Made by a program: the position numbers and the translations under genes | In this document: one piece after another, positions 46,361 through 53,749 of the stretch | How the letters are laid out: every line of letters begins with the position of its first letter | Numbering within the stretch: position 1 is the stretch's first letter | Origin: an uncultured Clostridia bacterium | GTDB taxonomy: Bacteria > Bacillota > Clostridia > Christensenellales > UBA1242 | Direction: 5' to 3' | Assembly (NCBI GenBank): GCA_947584415.1 | Contig: CANPWN010000002.1 | Span: forward strand, 27,692-91,691 | Length of the DNA stretch: 64,000 nt | Notes under the pieces: model-generated | What the model was told of the DNA's origin: nothing | Databases searched by the model: none | What the model saw: the letters and a program-made list of their open reading frames with translations, nothing else

Positions 46361-46921
46361 ATGGACAATTTGATTTCTAATGAAATAAACAACGAAGAAA
46401 AAGTGCGACTCAAACTGACACTTTTGTTTTTTATGGAAAAAATGGAAATTCCATTGACAAAAAATTCACTTTTAGACATTTGTTCAATTGAAAACGACTG
46501 GATAAGTTACATGGACTGCGTTTCAATAATCTCTGATTTGACGGAGGCAGGTTTTATTTACAAAGCGGAAAACTCTGAAAACGCAGAACTTTATTCCATC
46601 ACCTATTCTGGAAGAGAATGCTTGGCTCAACTTTACTCGCGTGTGCCTTATGCTCTAAGAGAAAAAATGACCGAGTATGTCAAAAACAACAAATTGTCTG
46701 TCAAAGCATCACAAGAATACACTTCAACTTATATCAAAAATGAAGACGGCTCTTACACCGTCACACTTCGCATTTATGAACCTATGATTTCCTCGCCTAT
46801 GTTTGAAGTTAAAATCAAAGCGCCTTCCAGGCAAAGCGCAATTGAGGCAGACAAAAAGTGGAAAAGACAAGCGCCAAATGTTTATGAGTTCATATATGAA
46901 AACCTAATCAGCACAGATTAA
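46361..46921 (+). CDS. DUF4364-family protein (winged-helix-like N-terminus)
   Basis: Collinear pattern with clostridial DUF4364 proteins as I recall them (L.LL.F......P....L......., G...L..........K...Y, C-terminal ...WK.....Y..I). Terminator hairpin at 46923-46941. Confidence 0.5.
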   Translation: MDNLISNEINNEEKVRLKLTLLFFMEKMEIPLTKNSLLDICSIENDWISYMDCVSIISDLTEAGFIYKAENSENAELYSITYSGRECLAQLYSRVPYALREKMTEYVKNNKLSVKASQEYTSTYIKNEDGSYTVTLRIYEPMISSPMFEVKIKAPSRQSAIEADKKWKRQAPNVYEFIYENLISTD

Positions 46922-46931
46922 AAAAGTGAAG

Positions 46932-47381
46932 TTAACCTTCACTTTTTTTTAATTTTTCAATCTCACCACGTGCAATTTCATCACAGCGGTTGTTAAGTTC
47001 ATTGTCTGCGTGGCCTTTAACTTTGTTCCAAACAACCTTATGATTTTGCATGGCATTTAAAAGCCTTTGCCAAAGTTCAACATTTTGAACTGGCGTTTTG
47101 CCTTTTGTTCGCCAGCCGCTCATCAGCCAATAACTGACCCAATCTTGCAAAAACGCATTGACAACATACGCAGAGTCGCTGTAAACTTCAATTTCGCATG
47201 GCTCTTTGAGTGCTTCAAGGCCACTTATAACCCCCATGAGTTCCATGCGGTTGTTGGTTGTTTCTTTTTCACCGCCGGAAAGCACTTTTTCATGTCCGCC
47301 GCACCTTAATATAGATGCCCAGCCCCCCATCCCAGGGTTGCCAGAGCAAGCGCCATCCGTGTATAAAATCACTTTTTTCAT
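46932..47381 (-). CDS. rnhA: Ribonuclease HI
   Basis: LYTDGACSGNPG.GGWA, TNNRMEL, the SDS.Y region, and W.KVKGHA....N...D..A. Confidence 0.92.
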   Translation of the reverse strand: MKKVILYTDGACSGNPGMGGWASILRCGGHEKVLSGGEKETTNNRMELMGVISGLEALKEPCEIEVYSDSAYVVNAFLQDWVSYWLMSGWRTKGKTPVQNVELWQRLLNAMQNHKVVWNKVKGHADNELNNRCDEIARGEIEKLKKSEG

Positions 47382-47758
47382 TGAAGCCTCAACTTTTCGG
47401 CAAGTTTTTTGAGGTTTCTCTTTTTGCCGTCCGCTTCAATAGAAATTGCGTTTTTATTCCCCTTTCTTGGAATAATGTGAATATGGATATGTTTTACATC
47501 AAGTCCAACTATTGCCATGCTTGTGCCTGTGTATCCCAGCGAAATATAATGGTCGGCGACTTTCTTTGCAACTTTCATAAGGTCAGAAAACTCCTTTTCA
47601 GTTGCAGTATTCAAGTTTTCAATATGTTTTTTTGTGATGACCAAAGTGTGTCCTTCCTGGTCATCACTTATGTCCAAAAATGCGAGGTGTTTTTTGTCCT
47701 CATAAATTTTATTGCAAGGAATTTCACCTTTGACAATTTTACAAAATACGCAGTCCAT
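47378..47758 (-). CDS. HIT-family nucleotide hydrolase/transferase
   Basis: CVFCKI and the histidine triad HIHIHIIPR. Confidence 0.88.
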   Translation of the reverse strand: MDCVFCKIVKGEIPCNKIYEDKKHLAFLDISDDQEGHTLVITKKHIENLNTATEKEFSDLMKVAKKVADHYISLGYTGTSMAIVGLDVKHIHIHIIPRKGNKNAISIEADGKKRNLKKLAEKLRLQ

Positions 47759-47828
47759 ACGCTCTCCTTAATCACATTTTAACATTAAAACAAAATTTTT
47801 CAAAACAAAAAAAGTGATTGCTGCACTT

Positions 47829-48920
47829 TTATTTAAGGTCAGGGTCAATGTTTTCTATCCATTGTCTTGCATTTTCAAACATATCTTCCGCTTTTGAGAT
47901 GTTCTGCTCATTTATGTTCTCTTCGTTAAGGGCAACATAGCCATCTTCCGCATATTGAACATTGCCATATTTGTCACGCGTCAACAACTTTGCCCCAATT
48001 CCCTTATCTTCACTAAACATCCTGTTGACCATTGTTCTAAGGTTGGCTTCAACAACCTTTGCTTGCTCGCTATCTTTAAGATTGAGCCTGTCTGTGTCCC
48101 ACATTTCAATGAACTGGTTGCAAAGAGAATAGATAACTCTGACATTTTTAACTCTTTCATCAAAAGTAGGTTTGTTTGCTTCTTGCATTTCAAGTTCAAG
48201 ACGCTTTTGTTCTTCATAGAGTTTTGCAATTTCCTGTTCCCTTGCTTCTCTTTCGGCCTTCTCTGTGGCCTTTCTTATCTTTTTTTCCGCTATTCTTTGT
48301 TCCCTTTCCGCTTTTTGTCTGCGGTCTTTTTCAGCGAGGGTGCAATATCCCTTATATCCAGAGTTGAAAATTTTGTTTCTAAAAGTTACTTTTAACGCTT
48401 CAAAAACAATGTCATGAATTGGTGCTTTGATTTCGCTGCGAACTCCAAATATTGAAGGCTTTACATAATAATTGCTTTTAAATAGAGGGTCATTGAATAG
48501 GCCTGTTTTTTTGAACGCTTTTTCATACGCTTTGCTATATTCCAAAATGTCGTAAAGTTTGTTGTAATCACTTTCATTGAATTGATAATCAATAAAGTCC
48601 TCTTTTGACAAATTTTGTAAGCCAAAATCAGAAAAAAGCGTGCAAATATGCTGTGTTTCAGTGACAAAAATGTTGTTCTTATCTATTCCTCCTGCAAATG
48701 ATTGGTTAAGAATTTCAAAATAAAGGCTGTTCATATAAAACAAGGAATTGTAAAGCACAGTTTTTGCATTTATTGAAATTTGTGTCATTGTGTCATAATA
48801 TTCTTTTTGGTCTGGGGTCATGTCTTCAACTTTCACATTAAGTTCAGGGTCTTTTACAAGCCTTTCTCCCTTTGGAATTTCAACATTATATTCATTGTTT
48901 GCGGTTATAATAGATTGCAT
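47829..48920 (-). CDS. Hypothetical protein (363 aa) with central charged coiled-coil
   Basis: Strong SD (AAGGAGAGG), its own TTGACA-17-TAAAAT promoter, and its own terminator (AAGTG..CACTT plus T7 near 47795-47822). No recognised domain. Confidence 0.55.
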   Translation of the reverse strand: MQSIITANNEYNVEIPKGERLVKDPELNVKVEDMTPDQKEYYDTMTQISINAKTVLYNSLFYMNSLYFEILNQSFAGGIDKNNIFVTETQHICTLFSDFGLQNLSKEDFIDYQFNESDYNKLYDILEYSKAYEKAFKKTGLFNDPLFKSNYYVKPSIFGVRSEIKAPIHDIVFEALKVTFRNKIFNSGYKGYCTLAEKDRRQKAEREQRIAEKKIRKATEKAEREAREQEIAKLYEEQKRLELEMQEANKPTFDERVKNVRVIYSLCNQFIEMWDTDRLNLKDSEQAKVVEANLRTMVNRMFSEDKGIGAKLLTRDKYGNVQYAEDGYVALNEENINEQNISKAEDMFENARQWIENIDPDLK

Positions 48921-48945
48921 AAATCCTCTCCTTATTTGCAGAGTA

Positions 48946-48974
48946 ATTTTAATATATTTAATTCATATTGTCAA
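48946..48974 (-). promoter_or_regulatory. Putative sigma-A promoter of the 363-aa orphan
   Basis: TTGACA (48969-48974), a 17-nt spacer, then TAAAAT (48946-48951) on the reverse strand. Confidence 0.5.
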
Positions 48975-48983
48975 TATCAAAAT

Positions 48984-49007
48984 TAAAAAAAAGCACCCAA
49001 AAGTGCT
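48984..49007 (-). terminator. Rho-independent terminator after metG
   Basis: AGCAC-6 nt-GTGCT followed by T8 on the reverse strand. Confidence 0.6.
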
Positions 49008-49016
49008 ATTTTTTTA

Positions 49017-50630
49017 TTATAATTTTACTTCGTCAAGTTTGACGCGGTTAAAGAGAATATTCACATCTTTTAATACTATGGAAGGGTCATAATTCACCTC
49101 TCCCCACTTCTCTTCTTTGACTCCAAGCATATTTTTGACCTTCGCCGCCGCCTTTGGCATAAGTGGAGAAGAGATATTGGCAAGATTTGATATCAAATAC
49201 AGGCAATTTGATGTCACACGGTCAAATTCTGCTTTGTTTGTTTCATAAAGTGTCCATGGCGCGCTTTCGTCATAATATTTGTTGCAATATTTGATAAAAT
49301 TGAAAATTTCTTCAACTGCTGCCCTATTTTCACCCCTTTCAATCAATTCACCAATAGTTTTGTAGGCGCTTTGGACATATTTTTGAACATTTTGGTCAAT
49401 TTGTATCTTTGGCAGTTCTCCGCCAAAGCGCTTTAGCAAAAAGGACAAGTTTCTATTTACAAAATTTCCATAGCCACCCACCAAATGTTTGTTGTGGATA
49501 TCAACAAAATCATTGACTGAAAATGATGTGTCTTTCTTTTCTGGGTTGTTATACATAAAGAAATATCTTATTGAGTCAGAGTCAAAATTTTCAAGCAGTT
49601 CTTCCACAGTTACAAGATTGCCTTTTGATTTTGACATTTTTGTGCCGCCTAAGTTGACATATTCAGACGCAATAATCATGTCAGGCTGCTGAATTTGTGG
49701 GTTTAATGCCTGCAAAATTCCTGGCAAAATTATTGTGTGGAAAACAATGTTATCTTTTCCTAAAATGTAAAAACATTTGGTATTTTTGTCTGTGATAAAA
49801 TTCCAAAAATCTTTTCCATGTTCTTCGCAATATCTTTCCCCAGCGGTCAAATAACCCATGAGTGCGTCAAACCAAACATACATGCGTTTGTCTTTGAAGC
49901 CATCAAAAGGAAGTTCCACTCCCCAATCAATCTGTCTTGTCAGCGCCCTATCTTTCAGCCCTTGCTTTAGATATTTGCTTGTTTCATTGATTGTTGTTTG
50001 TCGCCATGAATTTTTATGGCTATCTAGCAATTTTTGAATTCCCTTTGAAAATTTGTGTAATGCAAAATAAAGGTGTTTATTCTTTTTCTTAACTGCAGCG
50101 TTGCCACAAAGTTTGCAGCACGGATTAACAATCATATCGGGGCTAAGTTCGGTCAAACAATGGTCACATTGGTCACCATTGGTCTCTGAGCCACAAACAG
50201 GACAAATGCCCTTAATTTCCCTGTCAGAGATAAATTTGTTGCAGTTTTCACAGAAAAGTTCGTCCTCTTCTTTTTCATAAATGTAGCCATGTTCATAAAT
50301 TTTTTTGATGAACTGTTGAACATGAGTTTTATGATAATCAGTCATTGTGGCTGTGTAAAGGTCATAGGAAAAATCAAGACTTGCAAAAGCCTGATTAAAA
50401 AGCGCGTCATATTTTTGTGCCACCTCCATTGGAGAAAGGTTTTGAGCCTTGGCGCTTACGGTTATTGGAGTGCCGTGGCAGTCTGAACCAGAAACATACA
50501 AAACTTCTGCGCCCTTTTGCCTAAAATATCTGGCAATAAAATCTCCCGGCAGAAGTGCCGCGAGATGACCAATATGAAGTTTGTTGTTGGCATAAGGCCA
50601 AGCGCCGCCAATAAAAATTTGTTCTTTCAT
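49017..50630 (-). CDS. metG: Methionyl-tRNA synthetase (short form)
   Basis: HIGH-type motif LHIGHLAA, a Cys-rich zinc knuckle insert, and KMSKS. Confidence 0.95.
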   Translation of the reverse strand: MKEQIFIGGAWPYANNKLHIGHLAALLPGDFIARYFRQKGAEVLYVSGSDCHGTPITVSAKAQNLSPMEVAQKYDALFNQAFASLDFSYDLYTATMTDYHKTHVQQFIKKIYEHGYIYEKEEDELFCENCNKFISDREIKGICPVCGSETNGDQCDHCLTELSPDMIVNPCCKLCGNAAVKKKNKHLYFALHKFSKGIQKLLDSHKNSWRQTTINETSKYLKQGLKDRALTRQIDWGVELPFDGFKDKRMYVWFDALMGYLTAGERYCEEHGKDFWNFITDKNTKCFYILGKDNIVFHTIILPGILQALNPQIQQPDMIIASEYVNLGGTKMSKSKGNLVTVEELLENFDSDSIRYFFMYNNPEKKDTSFSVNDFVDIHNKHLVGGYGNFVNRNLSFLLKRFGGELPKIQIDQNVQKYVQSAYKTIGELIERGENRAAVEEIFNFIKYCNKYYDESAPWTLYETNKAEFDRVTSNCLYLISNLANISSPLMPKAAAKVKNMLGVKEEKWGEVNYDPSIVLKDVNILFNRVKLDEVKL

Positions 50631-50661
50631 GTTATCTCCTGCCTTTTAGAATAGCAAAATT

Positions 50662-51183
50662 TTATATTTCCCCATCAATAACAAAAGGATTATATTCTTC
50701 TTCATCAGTAAATCTTGTTGCAAGTCTTTCCTCAAAACTCTCCCATGCCGCTTTTGCTGGCAAATATCTGTTGCTTTTTGCATAAACTGAAAAATTTGCT
50801 GATGCCCTATCTTCATTTCCGTCTAATCCGCCGTGAGCCTTTAAAATCCCATAGGCCGCCAAAATATGATAATAATCTTTTCTTACGCACCCAAACCCGT
50901 CTTCAATTGCACTGTTGACAATTTGCGCAACACCGTTTAAATCTTCATCTTCCAAGAGATATTCCACAAACTGGCCATCTCTTTCTTTAAAATAATCATT
51001 TTCAACATTGTTGTTTTTTAAATTGCCACTCTTAATGGAATATTCTTTAACAACGCCTGGGTTTATTGCATAATCAATAAAAAACCTCGCTGCCAAAAGT
51101 TGATTAAGTGAGCAAGCAGAATAATTGAGTGGTTTGCCATAAAATTTGCTGTAAATTGACTGGTTTTTCGTTTCGTATATCAT
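50662..51183 (-). CDS. Hypothetical protein (173 aa)
   Basis: ORF 31 nt upstream of metG on the same strand. No recognised motif. Confidence 0.45.
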   Translation of the reverse strand: MIYETKNQSIYSKFYGKPLNYSACSLNQLLAARFFIDYAINPGVVKEYSIKSGNLKNNNVENDYFKERDGQFVEYLLEDEDLNGVAQIVNSAIEDGFGCVRKDYYHILAAYGILKAHGGLDGNEDRASANFSVYAKSNRYLPAKAAWESFEERLATRFTDEEEYNPFVIDGEI

Positions 51184-51240
51184 TTTTATCCTTTCGTTTG
51201 AGAAAAAACAAGCAAAATTGCTGTTTTTTATTTTTAATGG

Positions 51241-51492
51241 TTATCCTTGCAAACCGCGTGACTGTCTGTCCATATCTTCCACAACAATGTCATAAATCTC
51301 GCCTACGCTGGCACAATATTCAAGCACCTTCCACGGCTCATTTGTGTGAAAATGAATTTTAATAAGTTCATCATCACCCACCACCAGCAAGCAGTCGCCT
51401 TTAAAATTCTTTTCAAAATACTTTCGAACTTTGCTGTCGTCCAAATTTTTGCCTTCAATCAAAAGTTGTGTGTCATACTTATAATCAATCAT
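51241..51492 (-). CDS. Small protein resembling the middle segment of DAK2-fusion protein YloV
   Basis: GDCLLVVGDDELIKIHFHTNEPWKVLEYCASVGEIYDIVVEDMDRQ parallels the YloV segment GDSLLV..D.....VH.HT..P..VL......G.L..I.I.NM..Q. SD is AAAGGAGAAAAAA. Confidence 0.45.
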   Translation of the reverse strand: MIDYKYDTQLLIEGKNLDDSKVRKYFEKNFKGDCLLVVGDDELIKIHFHTNEPWKVLEYCASVGEIYDIVVEDMDRQSRGLQG

Positions 51493-51541
51493 TTTTTTCT
51501 CCTTTTTAAGAAAGTCGGTTTTTACGTCTTTTATATTTAAT

Positions 51542-51841
51542 TAATGGCGCAGAGGTCGGGATTTGCTCCGCATCACTTCGTGAACATTGCTGCCGCAATT
51601 CGCTATCACACCGGGGCGGGCAAACGCAAAAAATCAATTTGCCTTTGCTTTTCCGCCCGTTCAAATCCTAATCTTCGAAGTAATGGCGCAGAGGTCGGGA
51701 TTTGCTCCGCATCACTTCGTGAACGCCCATTGCCATGGGCTTGCTTTCACGCCGGGGCGGGCAAACGCAATAACATTGCCTTTGCTTTCCCGCCCGTTCA
51801 AATCCTAACCTTCGAAGTAATGGCGCAGAGGTCGGGATTTG
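51542..51841 (-). repeat. Tandem 137-139 bp units (2 copies), each bounded by a 24-nt repeat equal to the 3' end of tRNA-Ser
   Basis: TAATGGCGCAGAGGTCGGGATTTG occurs at 51542-51565, 51681-51704 and 51818-51841. The third copy is the genuine tRNA 3' end. The intervening 113-115 bp segments are diverged copies of each other. Confidence 0.9.
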
Positions 51842-51909
51842 AACCCGAGGTGGCTTTTGACCACACACGCTTTCCAAGCGTGCACATTAGACCGCTCTGA
51901 CACCTCTGC
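51821..51909 (-). tRNA. tRNA-Ser (anticodon GGA), CCA encoded
   Basis: The reverse strand reads GCAGAGGTGTCAGAGCGGTCTAATGTGCACGCTTGGAAAGCGTGTGTGGTCAAAAGCCACCTCGGGTTCAAATCCCGACCTCTGCGCCA. Acceptor stem is GCAGAGG/CCTCTGC, the anticodon loop is TTGGAAA, the variable arm is long, and the T-arm is TCGGG-TTCAAAT-CCCGA. Confidence 0.9.
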
Positions 51910-51987
51910 ACATATTAAGTTTTCTTTGCGAGCGGTCTAATTATTTTCGGGTTCCCTGAAATTGCTTGCCAATTTTAGGGTTAAAGT

Positions 51988-52006
51988 CCGCTCTGACACC
52001 TCTGCA
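51988..52006 (-). repeat. 19-nt duplicate of the tRNA-Ser 5' end, 96 bp upstream of the gene
   Basis: CCGCTCTGACACCTCTGCA at 51988-52006 is identical to 51892-51910. Confidence 0.85.
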
Positions 52007-52027
52007 TAATATTGAGAATGTGAAAAT

Positions 52028-52056
52028 AATTTAACAAAACGAACAGAATTTGTCAA
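52028..52056 (-). promoter_or_regulatory. Putative promoter driving the tRNA-Ser locus
   Basis: TTGACA (52051-52056), a 17-nt spacer, then TAAATT (52028-52033) on the reverse strand. Confidence 0.45.
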
Positions 52057-52092
52057 CCAAAAATGCTTATTTGATATAAAACAAATTTAAAC

Positions 52093-52128
52093 CACAATAT
52101 GTTGTGGCTATTATGTCATAAAACACAG
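52093..52128 (+). repeat. 36-nt double-palindrome motif, copy B
   Basis: CACAATATGTTGTGGCTATTATGTCATAAAACACAG, starting 1 nt beyond the mnmA stop. Confidence 0.8.
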
Positions 52129-52129
52129 T

Positions 52130-53212
52130 TTATTTTGATTTTTTAAATGATTCGTCAATAACGCCGCCTCCAAGACAAATGCCTTCAGAGGTGTATAAAA
52201 CAACATATTGCCCTGGGGTTATTGCCCTCTGAGGCTCTTTGAAATCCACCTTTATGTGCTTTTCGTCCAAGATGGTCACCTTAACTGCTTGGTCCGGCTG
52301 ACGGTATCTGAACTTTGCAAAAATTTCAAGTTCTTTTTGTTCTGGCAAATGTGGTATCCAGTTCATTTCGCTTGCATATAAGCCATCAGAAAAAAGCGCG
52401 TCCTCTTCTCCCTGAGAGACAATCAATAGGTTGTTTTTAAGGTCCTTTTTGACAACAAACCATCTTTGGCCGTTTCCGCCCTTCATGCCACCGATATTTA
52501 GACCACGGCGCTGTCCGAGTGTGTAATACATAAGTCCTTCATGTCTGCCCACTTTATTGCCCTCGAGGTCGACTATATCCCCCTCTTGTGCCGGCAAATA
52601 GCCTTTGAGGAAGTTTTTAAAGTTCCTTTCCCCAATAAAACAAATCCCCGTTGAATCCTTCTTCTCTGCGGTCGAGAGGCCAAGTTCGGCGGCTATGTGT
52701 CTAACCTCGGGCTTGTCTATGTCGGCAAGCGGGAAAAGCACACTTTTAAGTTGCTCTTGAGAGAGTTGATTCAAGAAATATGACTGGTCTTTGTTCAAAT
52801 CATGAGATTTTGCAAGATAAACCTCGCCATCTTTTTCAATCTTTTTTGCGTAATGCCCTGTTGCAATCATGTCTGCGCCAAGACGCCTTGCTTGTTCCAA
52901 AAAAGGCCCAAATTTGATTTCTCTGTTGCATAGAACATCTGGGTTTGGCGTTCTTCCTTTCTTATATTCCTCCAAGAAATGAGAGAAAACTCTGTCATAA
53001 TATTGTTTTGCATAATTGACGGAAAAATAAGGGATATCAAGTTTGCTGCACACGCGTTTTACATCTTCAAAATCACTTTCTGCCGTGCATGAGCCGTCCT
53101 GCTCTTCCCAGTTGACCATAAAAAGCCCAATAACATCATGGCCTTGCTTTTTTAATAAATAGGCTGCGACCGAACTGTCAACTCCGCCGCTAATTCCAAC
53201 AACAACTCTCAT
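52130..53212 (-). CDS. mnmA: tRNA 2-thiouridine(34) synthase MnmA
   Basis: PP-loop VVVGISGGVDSSVAA, plus NPD..CN and FIGER patterns. Confidence 0.95.
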   Translation of the reverse strand: MRVVVGISGGVDSSVAAYLLKKQGHDVIGLFMVNWEEQDGSCTAESDFEDVKRVCSKLDIPYFSVNYAKQYYDRVFSHFLEEYKKGRTPNPDVLCNREIKFGPFLEQARRLGADMIATGHYAKKIEKDGEVYLAKSHDLNKDQSYFLNQLSQEQLKSVLFPLADIDKPEVRHIAAELGLSTAEKKDSTGICFIGERNFKNFLKGYLPAQEGDIVDLEGNKVGRHEGLMYYTLGQRRGLNIGGMKGGNGQRWFVVKKDLKNNLLIVSQGEEDALFSDGLYASEMNWIPHLPEQKELEIFAKFRYRQPDQAVKVTILDEKHIKVDFKEPQRAITPGQYVVLYTSEGICLGGGVIDESFKKSK

Positions 53213-53718
53213 TTTTCTTCCTCCTTGGCGACAACAACCTTGTTTTCTGATGGAAGAGAAACAGGAATTTTAAATTTATAAGTGCAAACTCTGACAATAT
53301 CCAGCATCCAACAAATGCCATAAGCACCAACAAAAACAGCACCGACATTGACAAGCGTTTCACCCCACTCTGTGCTCATTAAATATCCATTGAAATAAAC
53401 CAAACTGAAGAGTAAGGCAAAGCCAAGCAGATAAAATATACCCCACCACCAGCGGCGAGTGTAAAAATATTGCCCACCAAAAAGCCCAAAAAGAACGGTG
53501 TATAAAATCAATTTCCAGCGTTTTAAATCTGGCGGTGTTTTTCTTATCATTATGATTTTATTGCGCTCATGCTTTTTATATCTTTCCGCTGCGGCCTTAT
53601 TTGTTGCCATATCAAGTTTGCTAAAAACAAGTCCACACTCTGGACATTTATACTGATTTAAAAGTGCCTTACAGCCACAGCGTGGGCATTTTTGCGTTTG
53701 TCTGCCTGTCAAATTCAT
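53209..53718 (-). CDS. Zinc-ribbon + TM2-domain membrane protein
   Basis: CPRCGC..//..CPECG ribbon, then a TM2-like LFGLFGGQYFYTRRWWWGIFYLL and two further TM segments. I place the start at MNLTGRQ to avoid overlap with the cyclase. The stop overlaps the mnmA start. Confidence 0.55.
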   Translation of the reverse strand: MNLTGRQTQKCPRCGCKALLNQYKCPECGLVFSKLDMATNKAAAERYKKHERNKIIMIRKTPPDLKRWKLILYTVLFGLFGGQYFYTRRWWWGIFYLLGFALLFSLVYFNGYLMSTEWGETLVNVGAVFVGAYGICWMLDIVRVCTYKFKIPVSLPSENKVVVAKEEEK

Positions 53719-53749
53719 AGCAAAAGCATACTCTTTTTTAACGGAGTTG

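Noticed and set aside
51542-51817. The possibility that the two 137-139 bp units are additional tRNA or tmRNA-like genes
   Set aside because: Only the last 21 nt match the tRNA. The T-stem is broken (GCGGA versus TCGGG). There is no 5' acceptor strand and no cloverleaf. I kept them as a repeat finding rather than RNA gene calls.
51544-51900. 118-aa plus-strand ORF, plus overlapping 73-aa and 69-aa ORFs, across the tRNA-Ser repeat array
   Set aside because: The frame is built from antisense tRNA sequence and the tandem units, and the MAQRSGF peptide simply repeats with each unit. There is no SD. A non-coding explanation is sufficient.
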